DNA of 56,033 nt, taken from the IMG/VR virus record IMGVR_UViG_3300031841_003747, positions 1 to 56,033 of that record. One strand, written 5' to 3'. The stretch comes from a virus (lineage: Duplodnaviria > Caudoviricetes). Shown one piece after another: positions 37,089 to 47,236 of the stretch. The translations under genes were made by a program, and so were the position numbers. The notes under the pieces were generated by a model. The model saw only the letters and a program-made list of their open reading frames with translations, ran no database searches and had not been told where the DNA came from. Within the stretch, counting starts at the first letter, position 1. Every line of letters begins with the position of its first letter.

Positions 37089-40000
37089 TATGCCGCTTCC
37101 GCTAATGACGGTTCATAGGCATAATCCTGATCGGCAGTATTGTCACCGTCATCTGCAGTTCCATATATGCCATCCGCACCGTAGTCTATTGAGTAATTAC
37201 CTCCCGCTCCAGCGGAGTATTCAGGAGCCAAAAGAGTTCCATTATTTGCCGCGACAATCATTTCAAGCATTTCTTGCCTAGTTGGAAATGTCGCGGCAAT
37301 AGCATCAACTTCAGCTTGGGTGTAATATCTAACATCTCCTTCTGCTTCAGTAAGATATTCAGATGGTACTGAAGTTAAATAATTACCCTCTACCTGTGCG
37401 CCTATATTGGTTCTTGCTTGTAATTTCTCTGCGTCTGTTAATGTTTGCGCTCCATCATATGCAACATAACCTTCAGCCTCTCCAAGATAAAAGGTTCCAT
37501 TTGCTCCTCCGTCATTAACTTGCCACCTATTTTCGTCTAAAACATATTTAATAGAGGGATTTGGATCTAAACCTGCATCTACCGTTAATCCTGCGTTATT
37601 ATATGCACTCTCCTCAATCTCGAAATAGTCTTCAGAGTCATCATCATCAGCTGTGCCAAAGGTATTGTCTGCACCATAATCTATTGAGTACTTTTGACCC
37701 ACGAGCGTGCCTGTACCATCATCATACTCCGAGTATGCGTACCCATTCTTTTCACCCCCGGTAGTACCATCAACTGTAAGGCTTTGCTGAACAATAGTCT
37801 GCTCTAGCACAGTCGTATTAGTGATGTTATCACCCTCGTTAATGATGGTTGTGGATGCCCCTATTGTCTCGAGAGTTGACCCGTTAAAAACCTGCCACTC
37901 ACCAGCTACCGAATCAAACCTTATGTATGGGTCTGCAGTAGTACCAGGTAAATCAACAAAAAGTTCTACAGGGACATTATTGATTGCCTTATACCTGCCA
38001 TCCGACTCAGTCTTTGTGTAGTAATTACCGTCTGATTGTGTTTTTGAGTAGTACCTGTCATCCGACTCAGTCTTTGTGTACGAGTCTCCAAGGTGGAAAG
38101 TTCCATTACTTCCACCCTCTTTTACTTCCCACTTATTTTCAGTAGGATCATACAAGATAGAAGGATTTGGATTTAATCCTACATTGACTGTTAGACCAGA
38201 ACTCTGATATGACTCGGCATCAACCTCGAAGTAGTCCTCAGAATCATCATCATCAGCAGTTCCGAAAGTATCATCGGCTCCATAGTCTATTGAGTATTTC
38301 CCGGAACCTTCCGTAAAGGCATATCCGTTTTCCTCTCCGCCTGATTGCGCATCTATTGTGAGCCCTTGCTGAATAATGGTCTGCTGTAATACAGTGGTCT
38401 CATTAATAGTGGTGTTTGTAGTGGTCGACTGACCAATATTTACTAGCTGTGTCCCATTAAATGCTGTCCACTGACCTGAAACTTCATCGAATCTTATGTA
38501 TGGGTCTGAGCCTTCTTTTTCAAATAAAAGCTCAGCTACTACAGGAGTTTCTCCAATTACAGTTATGTCTTGTCCGTCAAATACATCCCACTTACTACTA
38601 AATATATTGTATCTTATATATGGATTAGTCGCAGGATCACCAAAGTCTATTATCAATCCAGTATTGACGGCACTTGCAGTAGTAAGACTCCAGTACTCTT
38701 CATCGACATCATCTCCAGTTCCATATGTCTCATCTCCTCCGTAGTCTATAGCATACTTGCCGGACGGACTATAGGCGTACCCTGATAATTCACCCCCAGT
38801 TACGCCTGGAATTATGATATCCGTTTCCGTACCCCCTGTGTTATTTTGTTCCGTGGAATCATTACCAGAAGTGGGAAGATCGCTCTTAAGGGCATAATCA
38901 GATAAATCAGGCAGATCAGACTTATATGCTACCTCAAAAAATCCATTCTGAGGGTCTGATATAATGATTCTTGACGCAATATCTCCATTAAAATGATTTA
39001 TGCTAAGCCCTGTACTTTTCGATACAGTCTGTGGATCATTAAAGAATCCAGGCTCTCTAAATGTTACTTCACGAGTATTAAGAAGCTCAAGGTCTGAAGA
39101 TGGAGCTACTAAATTGCCTTCGATCGTGGTCGGACTGCCTATATTTAAAGTGGATGATTCGGTCGTAATATCACCCCCGATATGGGTAGATCCGGTTACG
39201 GTAAAATCACCCGTCACTTCCGATTCACCAGAAAGCACTATTTTCTCTGTTTCCGAGGAAGAGGTTATTGTGTCAATAGTTGCCGTACCAGAGATTGTAG
39301 TATCACCAGAGATTGTAGTATTACCAGTGATTGTAGTGGTTCCGTCAATCGTGGTGTTATTCTCAATCGTTATGTTTTCTGTGGTTGATGAAATGCTTCC
39401 GCCAATCGTGACATCACCCGCGTTTGTGACCTTAAATACTTCTTCGTTTGTAACATTTGTTACGCTGAAATCATTATTTTGGATAATCGTATCACCCTGA
39501 ATGGTGGTGCTATCCTGTATGATTATTTGCTCTGTTGAGGATGAGATATTCTCATTGATAATTGTATCACCTTCAATGGTAATATTTTCAATAGACGTAC
39601 TCGTTAGGTGGACATCTCCTTCTTCGGTTATGTTAAATACCTGGTCTCCTTCATTATTTGTTATATTGAAGTTTTCCGTAATATTTATTTGAGTGACCTC
39701 TTGTAGCTCTACTTCGTTTACTGTTATGAGGTCCCCAACTGAGTTTGCCAGTCCTGCATCTACATCTTCCTGATTTGCTGGTCGTTGTATATATACAGGA
39801 TTAAGTGGAATTTTTCCCCACTCTGAATTACTTACCTTAAAGTATAAGTTGCTTTGGTCATACGCAAAGTCTCCTACAGCACCAGCGGAGTCGTTATTTG
39901 CAAGCGGCGTGAATGCGTACCTTAGTGAATCAATATAAAATTGAGTTCTAGCATCCGCCTCTGCGGTAGCGTAAACATCAAAAAAGGAAAGATCTATATT

Positions 40001-41116
40001 ATGGGGATTAGAATCAGTTAAGTGGTCAAATAGTAATACGGATACATCTACATTAGGGACATTCGATAGCCCGACATCTGATTTAGTTACTCCGTGCGGA
40101 TTATTTGAATCAGCTATATGTGTACTTAATGAATTAGTAACAGTATCTATATCAAGCTGACTAACTCCTCCTGCTTGAGAAATTATTTCGGAAGGGGTAA
40201 GATTTTCTACCTTATCCAAACCTACCTGTGCCTTGGTTACATTGTGAGGATTGTTTGTTGCAGAGCTATGGTCAGATACAAGTAGATTGGTTTTTGACTG
40301 AACCTCTGCGTTAAAATCAGTTATATCCGCAGTTACATGCTTATGATCTTCCAGTTCGATATCTGCAATAAGTGAGTTTACTGTATCTATGCTTGCCAGT
40401 TTCACCCATGCACCAGCATGCGCAAAGTATGCGGAACCCTCTGCATGAACATGAGCAAACATGCCATGATTATCTGTGGCGCTTGGTAGATCACTTAGGT
40501 TGGTATAAAGAGGGTGAGAGTTTACCTTGGTTTCCAAGGCATCAACTTCGCTATTTAAATTAGCTATTGATGAGTTTATACCCGTTAGGTCTACAGATCC
40601 ATCCACTCCGTCTATTGCATTTATGCTTGCAATTAAAGAATCTCTTACATCATTGAGTTGAGCAACAGTTGCTCTTGTATCTAGTTCTGTTTGTAAATTT
40701 ACAACCGAAGATATTTCCTGTGTGTGGCTAATATCTGCTTTGCTTGATAATGATTCGTTAAGGTCGGTTATTTGACCGCTTAAAGTTGAAATATCTGCTC
40801 CGTAAGGAAGGTCGTTAATTACATTGTCTACAGCTGTAATCTTGTTATCTACCTCTGTCTTATTGTAATAGTTGCTGGCAAATGTTGCTTCGGTGTTCTC
40901 AAGAGAAGTAATTCTTAAATCAAGTCCGTCAATCGAGTCCCCTAAAATTTTACCCATTGCCGCAGAAAGCGGATCAGAGGTTGATGTAGATGTTAGGCTA
41001 TCTACTATATCTTCTACCAATAAGGTAGAATCAATAAGGTCACTGAAGTCCGACTCACTAGGAGAAGCTCCTGTTATAAAGTATGACTTTAGGGTAGTTC
41101 TGTTTTGTACGGTCAT
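37088..41116 (-). CDS. Large acidic tail-fibre-like protein with internal repeats
   Basis: RTTLKSYFITGASPSESDFSDLIDS N-terminus, NNPHNVTKAQVGL repeats, Thr/Ile beta repeats, four DYG(A/G)DxxxGT(A/G)DD motifs. Confidence 0.72.
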   Translation of the reverse strand: MTVQNRTTLKSYFITGASPSESDFSDLIDSTLLVEDIVDSLTSTSTSDPLSAAMGKILGDSIDGLDLRITSLENTEATFASNYYNKTEVDNKITAVDNVINDLPYGADISTLSGQITDLNESLSSKADISHTQEISSVVNLQTELDTRATVAQLNDVRDSLIASINAIDGVDGSVDLTGINSSIANLNSEVDALETKVNSHPLYTNLSDLPSATDNHGMFAHVHAEGSAYFAHAGAWVKLASIDTVNSLIADIELEDHKHVTADITDFNAEVQSKTNLLVSDHSSATNNPHNVTKAQVGLDKVENLTPSEIISQAGGVSQLDIDTVTNSLSTHIADSNNPHGVTKSDVGLSNVPNVDVSVLLFDHLTDSNPHNIDLSFFDVYATAEADARTQFYIDSLRYAFTPLANNDSAGAVGDFAYDQSNLYFKVSNSEWGKIPLNPVYIQRPANQEDVDAGLANSVGDLITVNEVELQEVTQINITENFNITNNEGDQVFNITEEGDVHLTSTSIENITIEGDTIINENISSSTEQIIIQDSTTIQGDTIIQNNDFSVTNVTNEEVFKVTNAGDVTIGGSISSTTENITIENNTTIDGTTTITGNTTISGDTTISGTATIDTITSSSETEKIVLSGESEVTGDFTVTGSTHIGGDITTESSTLNIGSPTTIEGNLVAPSSDLELLNTREVTFREPGFFNDPQTVSKSTGLSINHFNGDIASRIIISDPQNGFFEVAYKSDLPDLSDYALKSDLPTSGNDSTEQNNTGGTETDIIIPGVTGGELSGYAYSPSGKYAIDYGGDETYGTGDDVDEEYWSLTTASAVNTGLIIDFGDPATNPYIRYNIFSSKWDVFDGQDITVIGETPVVAELLFEKEGSDPYIRFDEVSGQWTAFNGTQLVNIGQSTTTNTTINETTVLQQTIIQQGLTIDAQSGGEENGYAFTEGSGKYSIDYGADDTFGTADDDDSEDYFEVDAESYQSSGLTVNVGLNPNPSILYDPTENKWEVKEGGSNGTFHLGDSYTKTESDDRYYSKTQSDGNYYTKTESDGRYKAINNVPVELFVDLPGTTADPYIRFDSVAGEWQVFNGSTLETIGASTTIINEGDNITNTTVLEQTIVQQSLTVDGTTGGEKNGYAYSEYDDGTGTLVGQKYSIDYGADNTFGTADDDDSEDYFEIEESAYNNAGLTVDAGLDPNPSIKYVLDENRWQVNDGGANGTFYLGEAEGYVAYDGAQTLTDAEKLQARTNIGAQVEGNYLTSVPSEYLTEAEGDVRYYTQAEVDAIAATFPTRQEMLEMIVAANNGTLLAPEYSAGAGGNYSIDYGADGIYGTADDGDNTADQDYAYEPSLAEAA

Positions 41117-41883
41117 CCTATTACAAATCCTCCTCCGCCAACACCTGTGCTATTGGCAATCTGTTCTATCGACGATGTTTGATATTCTTTTCGGTTAATA
41201 AAAATTTGAGCCCGCTCTTTTTGGTACATTTGCATGTAAGCTTGGTACTGAGCTAGGTCATTATCTACATCGCGCGCAAGGTGCGCTTTTACATATCCAG
41301 CAGATGCCTTTGCTTCCATTTCATCAAATATGACAGGGGCATTTTTCTCATCATCAGTGGCTCTATAGATTGGGGTTGGTCTAAATTCACCCTCAAAGTA
41401 AATATACATAGCCTCGTCATCACGAAGTTTTGGGGCGGTCCAGAATCGGTCCTGACCAAAAGTTATTCTTCCAGGTATATTATTTGTTCTTTCAGTTACC
41501 CCACCATCTATTAAAGTAAATCTTGACTCCCATGGGATAGATATTGGGTAAAAATACCTTGAGTATGTCTGCCCATTTTCTTCAGTTGCAACTCTTCGTA
41601 CAACTACTTGCTTAATCCGTACATTGGACATAGCAAACTCGCCCTTATGCACATCTAAATCTTCCGAATTTACGTTACTTAAGTCGTCTGGGTTTGGTTC
41701 GACCAAACTAGAGTTAGAATAAAACTTGTACTGGTTCTGCCTAATTGCAGGAACATACCTTTGTAGGTCTACCACAGAAGCAACAATAAGTGAGTCAATA
41801 TTCTCTTGTACCCCCCTACCTTTTCGCTCGCTATCTACAATAAGAAATACTCGTACTTGATCGTTAAATTCTTGCCAATTCAT
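41113..41883 (-). CDS. Putative head-tail adaptor (T7 gp11-like position)
   Basis: Size, position, helical termini. Confidence 0.55.
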   Translation of the reverse strand: MNWQEFNDQVRVFLIVDSERKGRGVQENIDSLIVASVVDLQRYVPAIRQNQYKFYSNSSLVEPNPDDLSNVNSEDLDVHKGEFAMSNVRIKQVVVRRVATEENGQTYSRYFYPISIPWESRFTLIDGGVTERTNNIPGRITFGQDRFWTAPKLRDDEAMYIYFEGEFRPTPIYRATDDEKNAPVIFDEMEAKASAGYVKAHLARDVDNDLAQYQAYMQMYQKERAQIFINRKEYQTSSIEQIANSTGVGGGGFVIG

Positions 41884-42347
41884 TATCTTCTACCTCCGGG
41901 AGTGTAGTAAAATCCGACGACCATGGGGCATATAATTACAACGAAGTAGGTCGCTAGGTGGCCGGTAGTTAGCGATATAGGGGCTTGCTTAGCTGGAAAA
42001 GAGAAGAGCCCAAAGAGGAACTCTGTTGAACCCTCTCCACTAGGGTTGGTGAGGGTAATGATTTCTGCACTTGGGAAGAGGGTGCAGAGGATGACGACGG
42101 CTGAGAGCGTGGAGACAAGTATGAGCGCGAGCATCCTGCGAGTAGCACGAGTAAACTTACCACCTTCACCGCTGTTAAGTTGTTCTTGAAATTTAAGTGC
42201 AAATTCATTTCCACGTGCCTCCCTAGCTAATTCTAATTCAAACTTTTGCTGACGAGAGTCATTTATTGCACCAAATACACCTTTCAAGATAGATCCAAGT
42301 GCGGCACTCCCGCCACCAGTTAAAAACATTGTTATCAATTCAAACAT
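41883..42347 (-). CDS. Membrane protein, holin candidate
   Basis: Start at ATG 42347 (MFELITMFLTGGG); two or three hydrophobic helices. Confidence 0.55.
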   Translation of the reverse strand: MFELITMFLTGGGSAALGSILKGVFGAINDSRQQKFELELAREARGNEFALKFQEQLNSGEGGKFTRATRRMLALILVSTLSAVVILCTLFPSAEIITLTNPSGEGSTEFLFGLFSFPAKQAPISLTTGHLATYFVVIICPMVVGFYYTPGGRR

Positions 42348-42348
42348 A

Positions 42349-43104
42349 TCAGTATGCAGTTTTTGCCTCATTCCAGATCTTATCCGCACCATACCTACTT
42401 AAGTCTCCGTCGTGCATGGTACACTCTACAAAAGTTCCCGAAAAGAATCTGTCTTTCTCTCTCCCTATGGCAGTAGTAGTAAAGTTTGTGGATATGTTAT
42501 CGTTAAGGTTTTGACCTCTTCCACCTCCATCACTTTTCATAAGTAATACCCTCTTGCCATTCTGAGAAGCATCTATACCAGAGAAGAGTTGGTTTATTTT
42601 GTCATTTGCCTCTCCACTGATGGAGCCAGAGTTGCTGTTAAATGTAAATCTAGTTGGCTCACCAGGCTCTAATGTGATTGAGTCAGTTTCTCCAAATACA
42701 GAAAACATTGGCCTCGGTCTATCTCCGTCACCAATTAGGGTTACGGTAAAATTTTCGTTTACATATTGCTCCGGGTTTCCTGTTAGTTCTAGGTATTGAC
42801 CTATCTCAAAATCTGCAGAGTAGTACCCATTTGTCTCAATTATTTTAGGTTGCTTACTTTCATCGTTCTGAACTGCATTAAATTGAGAATATCCAAATTT
42901 TGATTTTTGGTCATAGATCTCGATCAAGTATGCGTCATTACCAGGATTTCTATTTGGGTATGTATATTCGACCCCGCCCTCTCTGTATCTAAAATACTGT
43001 CCCACATATGCTCCTCTAAGCTTTCTTCTCATGGAAAGAGCAAATATTGGATGCTGGGCATCAGCTGGTAACTTCAGCTCAGTATTATCAATAAGTGCGA
43101 TCAT
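42349..43104 (-). CDS. Concanavalin A/LamG-like structural protein
   Basis: ALSMRRKL-Y-G, IYDQ and NAVQ-QPKI patterns. Confidence 0.6.
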   Translation of the reverse strand: MIALIDNTELKLPADAQHPIFALSMRRKLRGAYVGQYFRYREGGVEYTYPNRNPGNDAYLIEIYDQKSKFGYSQFNAVQNDESKQPKIIETNGYYSADFEIGQYLELTGNPEQYVNENFTVTLIGDGDRPRPMFSVFGETDSITLEPGEPTRFTFNSNSGSISGEANDKINQLFSGIDASQNGKRVLLMKSDGGGRGQNLNDNISTNFTTTAIGREKDRFFSGTFVECTMHDGDLSRYGADKIWNEAKTAY

Positions 43105-43853
43105 ATTAAGTCACCCATTCCGTACCATCCACTAGCGTAGTATATTGTGCATGCAGAAAACTTGGCTGTTAATTGAGTCCCTTTTGCGTTTTGTAGGTTC
43201 GGAAATGTTACGGTCTTACCTGTGCCTGTGAGCATAATTGTAAAATACACCCCATCTGTTGCATCATTAGGAAACCTGAAATTAGTATTACCAGCACTCG
43301 GATCACATTGCAATATGGTGCCAGTTTCACTAGCAGATAGATTATACTCTGCCTGCGTTACATACTTAACGGGTGCAGTAATCCTTGCCTGACCAGTTAT
43401 GCTGTTACAGGTAATATCTCCGCTTGCTGTTATATCTACAGAGTTAAGGCTCCCACTAACTTCTATTTCTCCGGAAAATGTTACCTCTCCGTGTATTACT
43501 AAATCTCCATACACCGTGGCATCATCTACATACAGGTCATAATTATGTATAGCGGATGGTACTCTCAGTGTATTATAATTTGAAATACTAAGATCAAAAT
43601 ATGGCCTAATTTTATCTCCATCTAGCAGTCCTTCCCAATACTCGCTACTTGGGTAAACGAGGATATCTGTAACCCATGGAGCAAATCCATCAGTAGGGTC
43701 TCCTCCATCTAAGTGATTTAAGTTATGATCTGCCTCAAGGACTTGTAGTGGGTATGATGATGGATCAGGTGCCTCAGATGATGAGCCTTCTACGAAGCTG
43801 ATATATTGATGGGCGGGCTGATACCCCTCGCTAACTTTAATTTCATCTTGCAT
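43101..43853 (-). CDS. Putative structural protein
   Basis: Beta repeats plus a C-terminal fibre-tip-like domain; lies in the structural operon. Confidence 0.6.
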   Translation of the reverse strand: MQDEIKVSEGYQPAHQYISFVEGSSSEAPDPSSYPLQVLEADHNLNHLDGGDPTDGFAPWVTDILVYPSSEYWEGLLDGDKIRPYFDLSISNYNTLRVPSAIHNYDLYVDDATVYGDLVIHGEVTFSGEIEVSGSLNSVDITASGDITCNSITGQARITAPVKYVTQAEYNLSASETGTILQCDPSAGNTNFRFPNDATDGVYFTIMLTGTGKTVTFPNLQNAKGTQLTAKFSACTIYYASGWYGMGDLI

Positions 43854-44622
43854 AAAACCCGCTTATTGAGATGGTTTGCGTGTTATCCGAGTAATTCATT
43901 GCGTCACTACCAAGATTTACTATCTCGTACTCAGATGTGCTATTATCGCATGGATAAGTGTAGCTACCTCCGTGACCAATATGTTCTACTGAGTAATCTA
44001 CTTTCTGATTGTATATAATTGGGTCTACCAGCAACCTTTGATTGGCCTCAATTAACACAAGCGAATTTTGAAGAAGTCCTGACCCGTAAGTGCCTGTTCC
44101 TGATGATAACTCTATTCGATCTTTACCTGGTTCCTCGATGTAGGATACATAAGTAGATTTTATTGGATTTAGCACAAGAGTGACATCATATATCGTGTTA
44201 CTCTTTGAGTTAGTATTGTCTATCGTTGCATAACTTGCATAACCTAAGCCAATCCTAGCCACATCATCTATTACAGATAATGTATATGAGTAATTGGTTG
44301 CAGATGTGGTTCTTATGCGAAAAACTACCTCCGATCCTTCTTTTACAATTTGATCGGTAAGAACCCTGTGGGCTGTGCCGTCTACTACTGCACTTCCTGT
44401 ACCTTCAAGCTCTTCCTCTAAGTACTCGATATCCCCATTCCACTCAGAAAAGTCCCTATCGTTGAATCCATCAACCAGTAGGGAGTTGTGCTTTCGGCGT
44501 ATACCTACTACTTTGCCAGTAAAATTAGTTACACGAAAGGATTTAGCACGATGGTACGGAATTGTGTTGTAATTATTGTCTGTAGTAGCCGCGAATGTAC
44601 CTGTTTTATTTAGATCCGTCAC
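43843..44622 (-). CDS. Putative structural protein
   Basis: GTG start; T/N/S-rich beta protein downstream of the capsid gene. Confidence 0.6.
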   Translation of the reverse strand: MTDLNKTGTFAATTDNNYNTIPYHRAKSFRVTNFTGKVVGIRRKHNSLLVDGFNDRDFSEWNGDIEYLEEELEGTGSAVVDGTAHRVLTDQIVKEGSEVVFRIRTTSATNYSYTLSVIDDVARIGLGYASYATIDNTNSKSNTIYDVTLVLNPIKSTYVSYIEEPGKDRIELSSGTGTYGSGLLQNSLVLIEANQRLLVDPIIYNQKVDYSVEHIGHGGSYTYPCDNSTSEYEIVNLGSDAMNYSDNTQTISISGFYAR

Positions 44623-44776
44623 TTTGTTTGTCCTTCCCCTTGAGTTTCACATATATGCTAACACTAAGATGGACAGCCGTCAATACGGCACAAACGGTAG
44701 CCGCAACCAAATGAACAGTATCCAAGGTGAAGCTGGCAAATGTTCCAGCTAAACCTACGGCCGTGTCTCTATTCAT
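44606..44776 (-). CDS. 56-aa membrane protein absent from the ORF track (holin-like)
   Basis: MNRDTAVGLAGTFASFTLDTVHLVAATVCAVLTAVHLSVSIYVKLKGKDKQSDGSK; TAATG overlap; hydrophobic core with basic tail. Confidence 0.65.
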   Translation of the reverse strand: MNRDTAVGLAGTFASFTLDTVHLVAATVCAVLTAVHLSVSIYVKLKGKDKQSDGSK

Positions 44777-45138
44777 TACTCAGTTCCTTCTAGCGGATCT
44801 TCTACGACTGCTTCACTTACCTCTACTAAATCCTCTGCGTCAGACGATGCTGATTGGTTGCTTTCTTTGTCTGCATACACTGCATCCGGATTGCGCGCGG
44901 GATCTTGGGGTTGCGTCGCGAAAACTCGAAAACTCGTTGGTGGAAGATTCAGCTTTTTTTTTAGCTCCTCATATCTTTCTTCAGATATCTCCTCAACCAG
45001 GTCTCCATGAAGTTCAAGTAGGATTTCTGCATCCTGCTCTTCGTAAGCACCAATACCACGCTTAACAACTCCGTTAGTAAATCTCTGGTACTCGGCTCCG
45101 TAGTCGTAGGGTACTCGTTTGAATAAAATGTATTTCAT
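44776..45138 (-). CDS. Hypothetical protein after the capsid gene
   Basis: ATG 45138 (MKYILFKR) just after the terminator; acidic tail. Confidence 0.7.
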   Translation of the reverse strand: MKYILFKRVPYDYGAEYQRFTNGVVKRGIGAYEEQDAEILLELHGDLVEEISEERYEELKKKLNLPPTSFRVFATQPQDPARNPDAVYADKESNQSASSDAEDLVEVSEAVVEDPLEGTE

Positions 45139-45140
45139 AT

Positions 45141-45188
45141 AAAAAAACCCCACCCTCTCCCCCGTTACTCAAGGGGAGAGGAATGAGG
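45141..45188 (-). terminator. Rho-independent terminator after the major capsid gene
   Basis: Minus strand: CCTCTCCCC-loop-GGGGAGAGG stem, extendable with G:U pairs, followed by T7. Confidence 0.85.
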
Positions 45189-45202
45189 CGTTAAGGAGTT
45201 AA

Positions 45203-47077
45203 TTAAGAGATGTAGTCAGACCAGTTGGCAACGTCGGAATTAGCATCGAAGTTTTCAACAATCAAGTGACGAGCAGGAACATCCATCATCGTGGTCCACT
45301 TGGTGGAACGGAGTGAGTACTCAGTTTCCTTGTGAGCCATGCGACATTTGTACAAGCGATCCGTTTCAGGATGTGGTTGCTTGCGAGTGATGGAGTTAGT
45401 TCCAGCGATACCGATTTTTACATCAGACCAATCAACAAACCACATGGAGCGCATAACCTTTGAGTAGTTAGCGTGTCCACCGGAATTAGCGGCGATTGCG
45501 GAACGATTTCCTTCCTTATCAACTACCTTGTCACCATCTGGATCAAGAGTAGCACCGAACAATGGAGCTTGGTGATTGATGAGGTCATCGAAGTAAGGAT
45601 CGTGGAATACAGCAAGCTGACATCCAACCTCTGGCAAATCGAACATCGAGTAGTTGAATAACAAGATGCCATTGTGAGTGATTTGCTGGTTGATTTGAGC
45701 ATTGCGATCAAGTCCCCATCCGTAGCGAGCCTTGTAGTATTGATTAAATACTTCGAAAAGCTTGTTGTAGGTGAAGCGGTCGGTCATTACATCAACGACG
45801 CTGATGTTTGATCCGTCTTGCTCGCGGTTGCGCTTCAAGTAGTAGATATCCTTTTGGAGATCCTCTACGGTGTAAACACCACCAGCTTTGTTGACCACAC
45901 GATTGGACTCAGCCAAGAGAGCTTTAATACCAAGTGCGTTGGATTTGTACTCAAGCGTACAAGTGTCATCTTCTGGGTCAGTGACCGCAGGAAGTTGCAT
46001 GTAAGTCTCAGGAGTTTGAGCGGCATTGATTGGTTGATTGAACCAAGTAGCACGCAACCATTGCTCCTGGGATGCTTGAGCGGCAATTTTGTTTTGCTCA
46101 GCAAGAGGAGTGTAAACCATGGATTTGAGGTAGCTGTTGACATCCCCGTTCATGATTTTTTGCAATGTTTCACGATAGGTTTGGTCAATCGTGCGGGACT
46201 CACGAGTGGTTTGTAACCAGTTGACGATCAACTTAACGCTGAGGTCGGTTGGCTGATTACGGCACCATTCTTCGAAGTCGTTAACATTGTTGGCGACGGT
46301 CTGCACAACACCATAGGAAGGAGCGTACTGAGCCTTGAAGTCTGCATCAAGAGCAGTCCACTCAGAATCAGTGTATCCAGTAGCAGAGATTTGCTTACCA
46401 ATCGGACGAAGAGTTACTTTAGCTTGGGAAAGCTTATTAGTAGAATCGTCAGCATTAGTAGCACCAATGATTTGGAATTGTACTTCGATTGGATCGGTTC
46501 CGCTCCAGTGATTAACAATAACAAAACCTCCGGTAAGGAAGTAACGCTCGATGTGATCGATTGGAGTAGCCCAATCAGAAGCACCCATATTTACGGTGAT
46601 CTCATAGTCTCCACCTTTGCGGTCAAAACCAGCAGAGATTGGGGAGCTTCCATCAGCAAGCTTACCGCTACGAATTGCGAAGTAACCACTGTTAATTACA
46701 GAACGCTGACGGCGTTGGATGTATGGAAGAATGATGGACTGCTCGGAAATGTTTACCTTATTGATTAAAGGCTTAATGTTTGTGATCGAGCTATTAAGAA
46801 GGTCAACTAATCCTCTTTCGCGGACTCCAAGCATTTTTGCTTCGGCAGAGCTTGCGATGACACGAGCTAAGTCAATTTCCTTATTGGAAAGAGCTTCAAA
46901 TTCCGCAGGAGTTAAACCCTTAATGGAGGCGTTAGTAAGTGTACAACCAGTGGAATCATCAACTTTAATGATGCGACCTACGCCTGCGTCCCTAATTAGG
47001 GTTGAAGCGCTACTGCCACTTGTTGGTCCGGAGATGGCGGTAGGTACCGCACTAATGTTTTGATCTGTTTCAGCCAT
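45203..47077 (-). CDS. Major capsid protein (large, 624 aa)
   Basis: Follows portal and scaffold; has its own upstream motif and downstream terminator; codon use looks highly expressed; identity is positional. Confidence 0.72.
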   Translation of the reverse strand: MAETDQNISAVPTAISGPTSGSSASTLIRDAGVGRIIKVDDSTGCTLTNASIKGLTPAEFEALSNKEIDLARVIASSAEAKMLGVRERGLVDLLNSSITNIKPLINKVNISEQSIILPYIQRRQRSVINSGYFAIRSGKLADGSSPISAGFDRKGGDYEITVNMGASDWATPIDHIERYFLTGGFVIVNHWSGTDPIEVQFQIIGATNADDSTNKLSQAKVTLRPIGKQISATGYTDSEWTALDADFKAQYAPSYGVVQTVANNVNDFEEWCRNQPTDLSVKLIVNWLQTTRESRTIDQTYRETLQKIMNGDVNSYLKSMVYTPLAEQNKIAAQASQEQWLRATWFNQPINAAQTPETYMQLPAVTDPEDDTCTLEYKSNALGIKALLAESNRVVNKAGGVYTVEDLQKDIYYLKRNREQDGSNISVVDVMTDRFTYNKLFEVFNQYYKARYGWGLDRNAQINQQITHNGILLFNYSMFDLPEVGCQLAVFHDPYFDDLINHQAPLFGATLDPDGDKVVDKEGNRSAIAANSGGHANYSKVMRSMWFVDWSDVKIGIAGTNSITRKQPHPETDRLYKCRMAHKETEYSLRSTKWTTMMDVPARHLIVENFDANSDVANWSDYIS

Positions 47078-47118
47078 TGTTATTATTGATTGTGTGTTAT
47101 ACGAAAATTCGTGTTACA
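47078..47118 (-). promoter_or_regulatory. 24-bp motif (47095-47118) plus a third degenerate half-site in 17-bp register before the capsid ATG
   Basis: Minus strand: TGTAACACGAATTTTCGTATAACA-cacaatcaat-AATAACA-ATG. Confidence 0.72.
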
Positions 47119-47236
47119 CCCTAATAATAACAGAAAAGCTCCCTAAATCATTGAACCTACGAAATTTTTGCAAATTTCCCCAAAATTGGGGTTTTGCTAT
47201 ACTCTTACTAAAAAACCTAAAACTATGTTTTAGTAT

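Noticed and set aside
47155-47195. Palindrome-like AT-rich stretch (ccccaaaattgggg) between scaffold and capsid genes
   Set aside because: Short stem; could be a weak terminator or chance, with too little support
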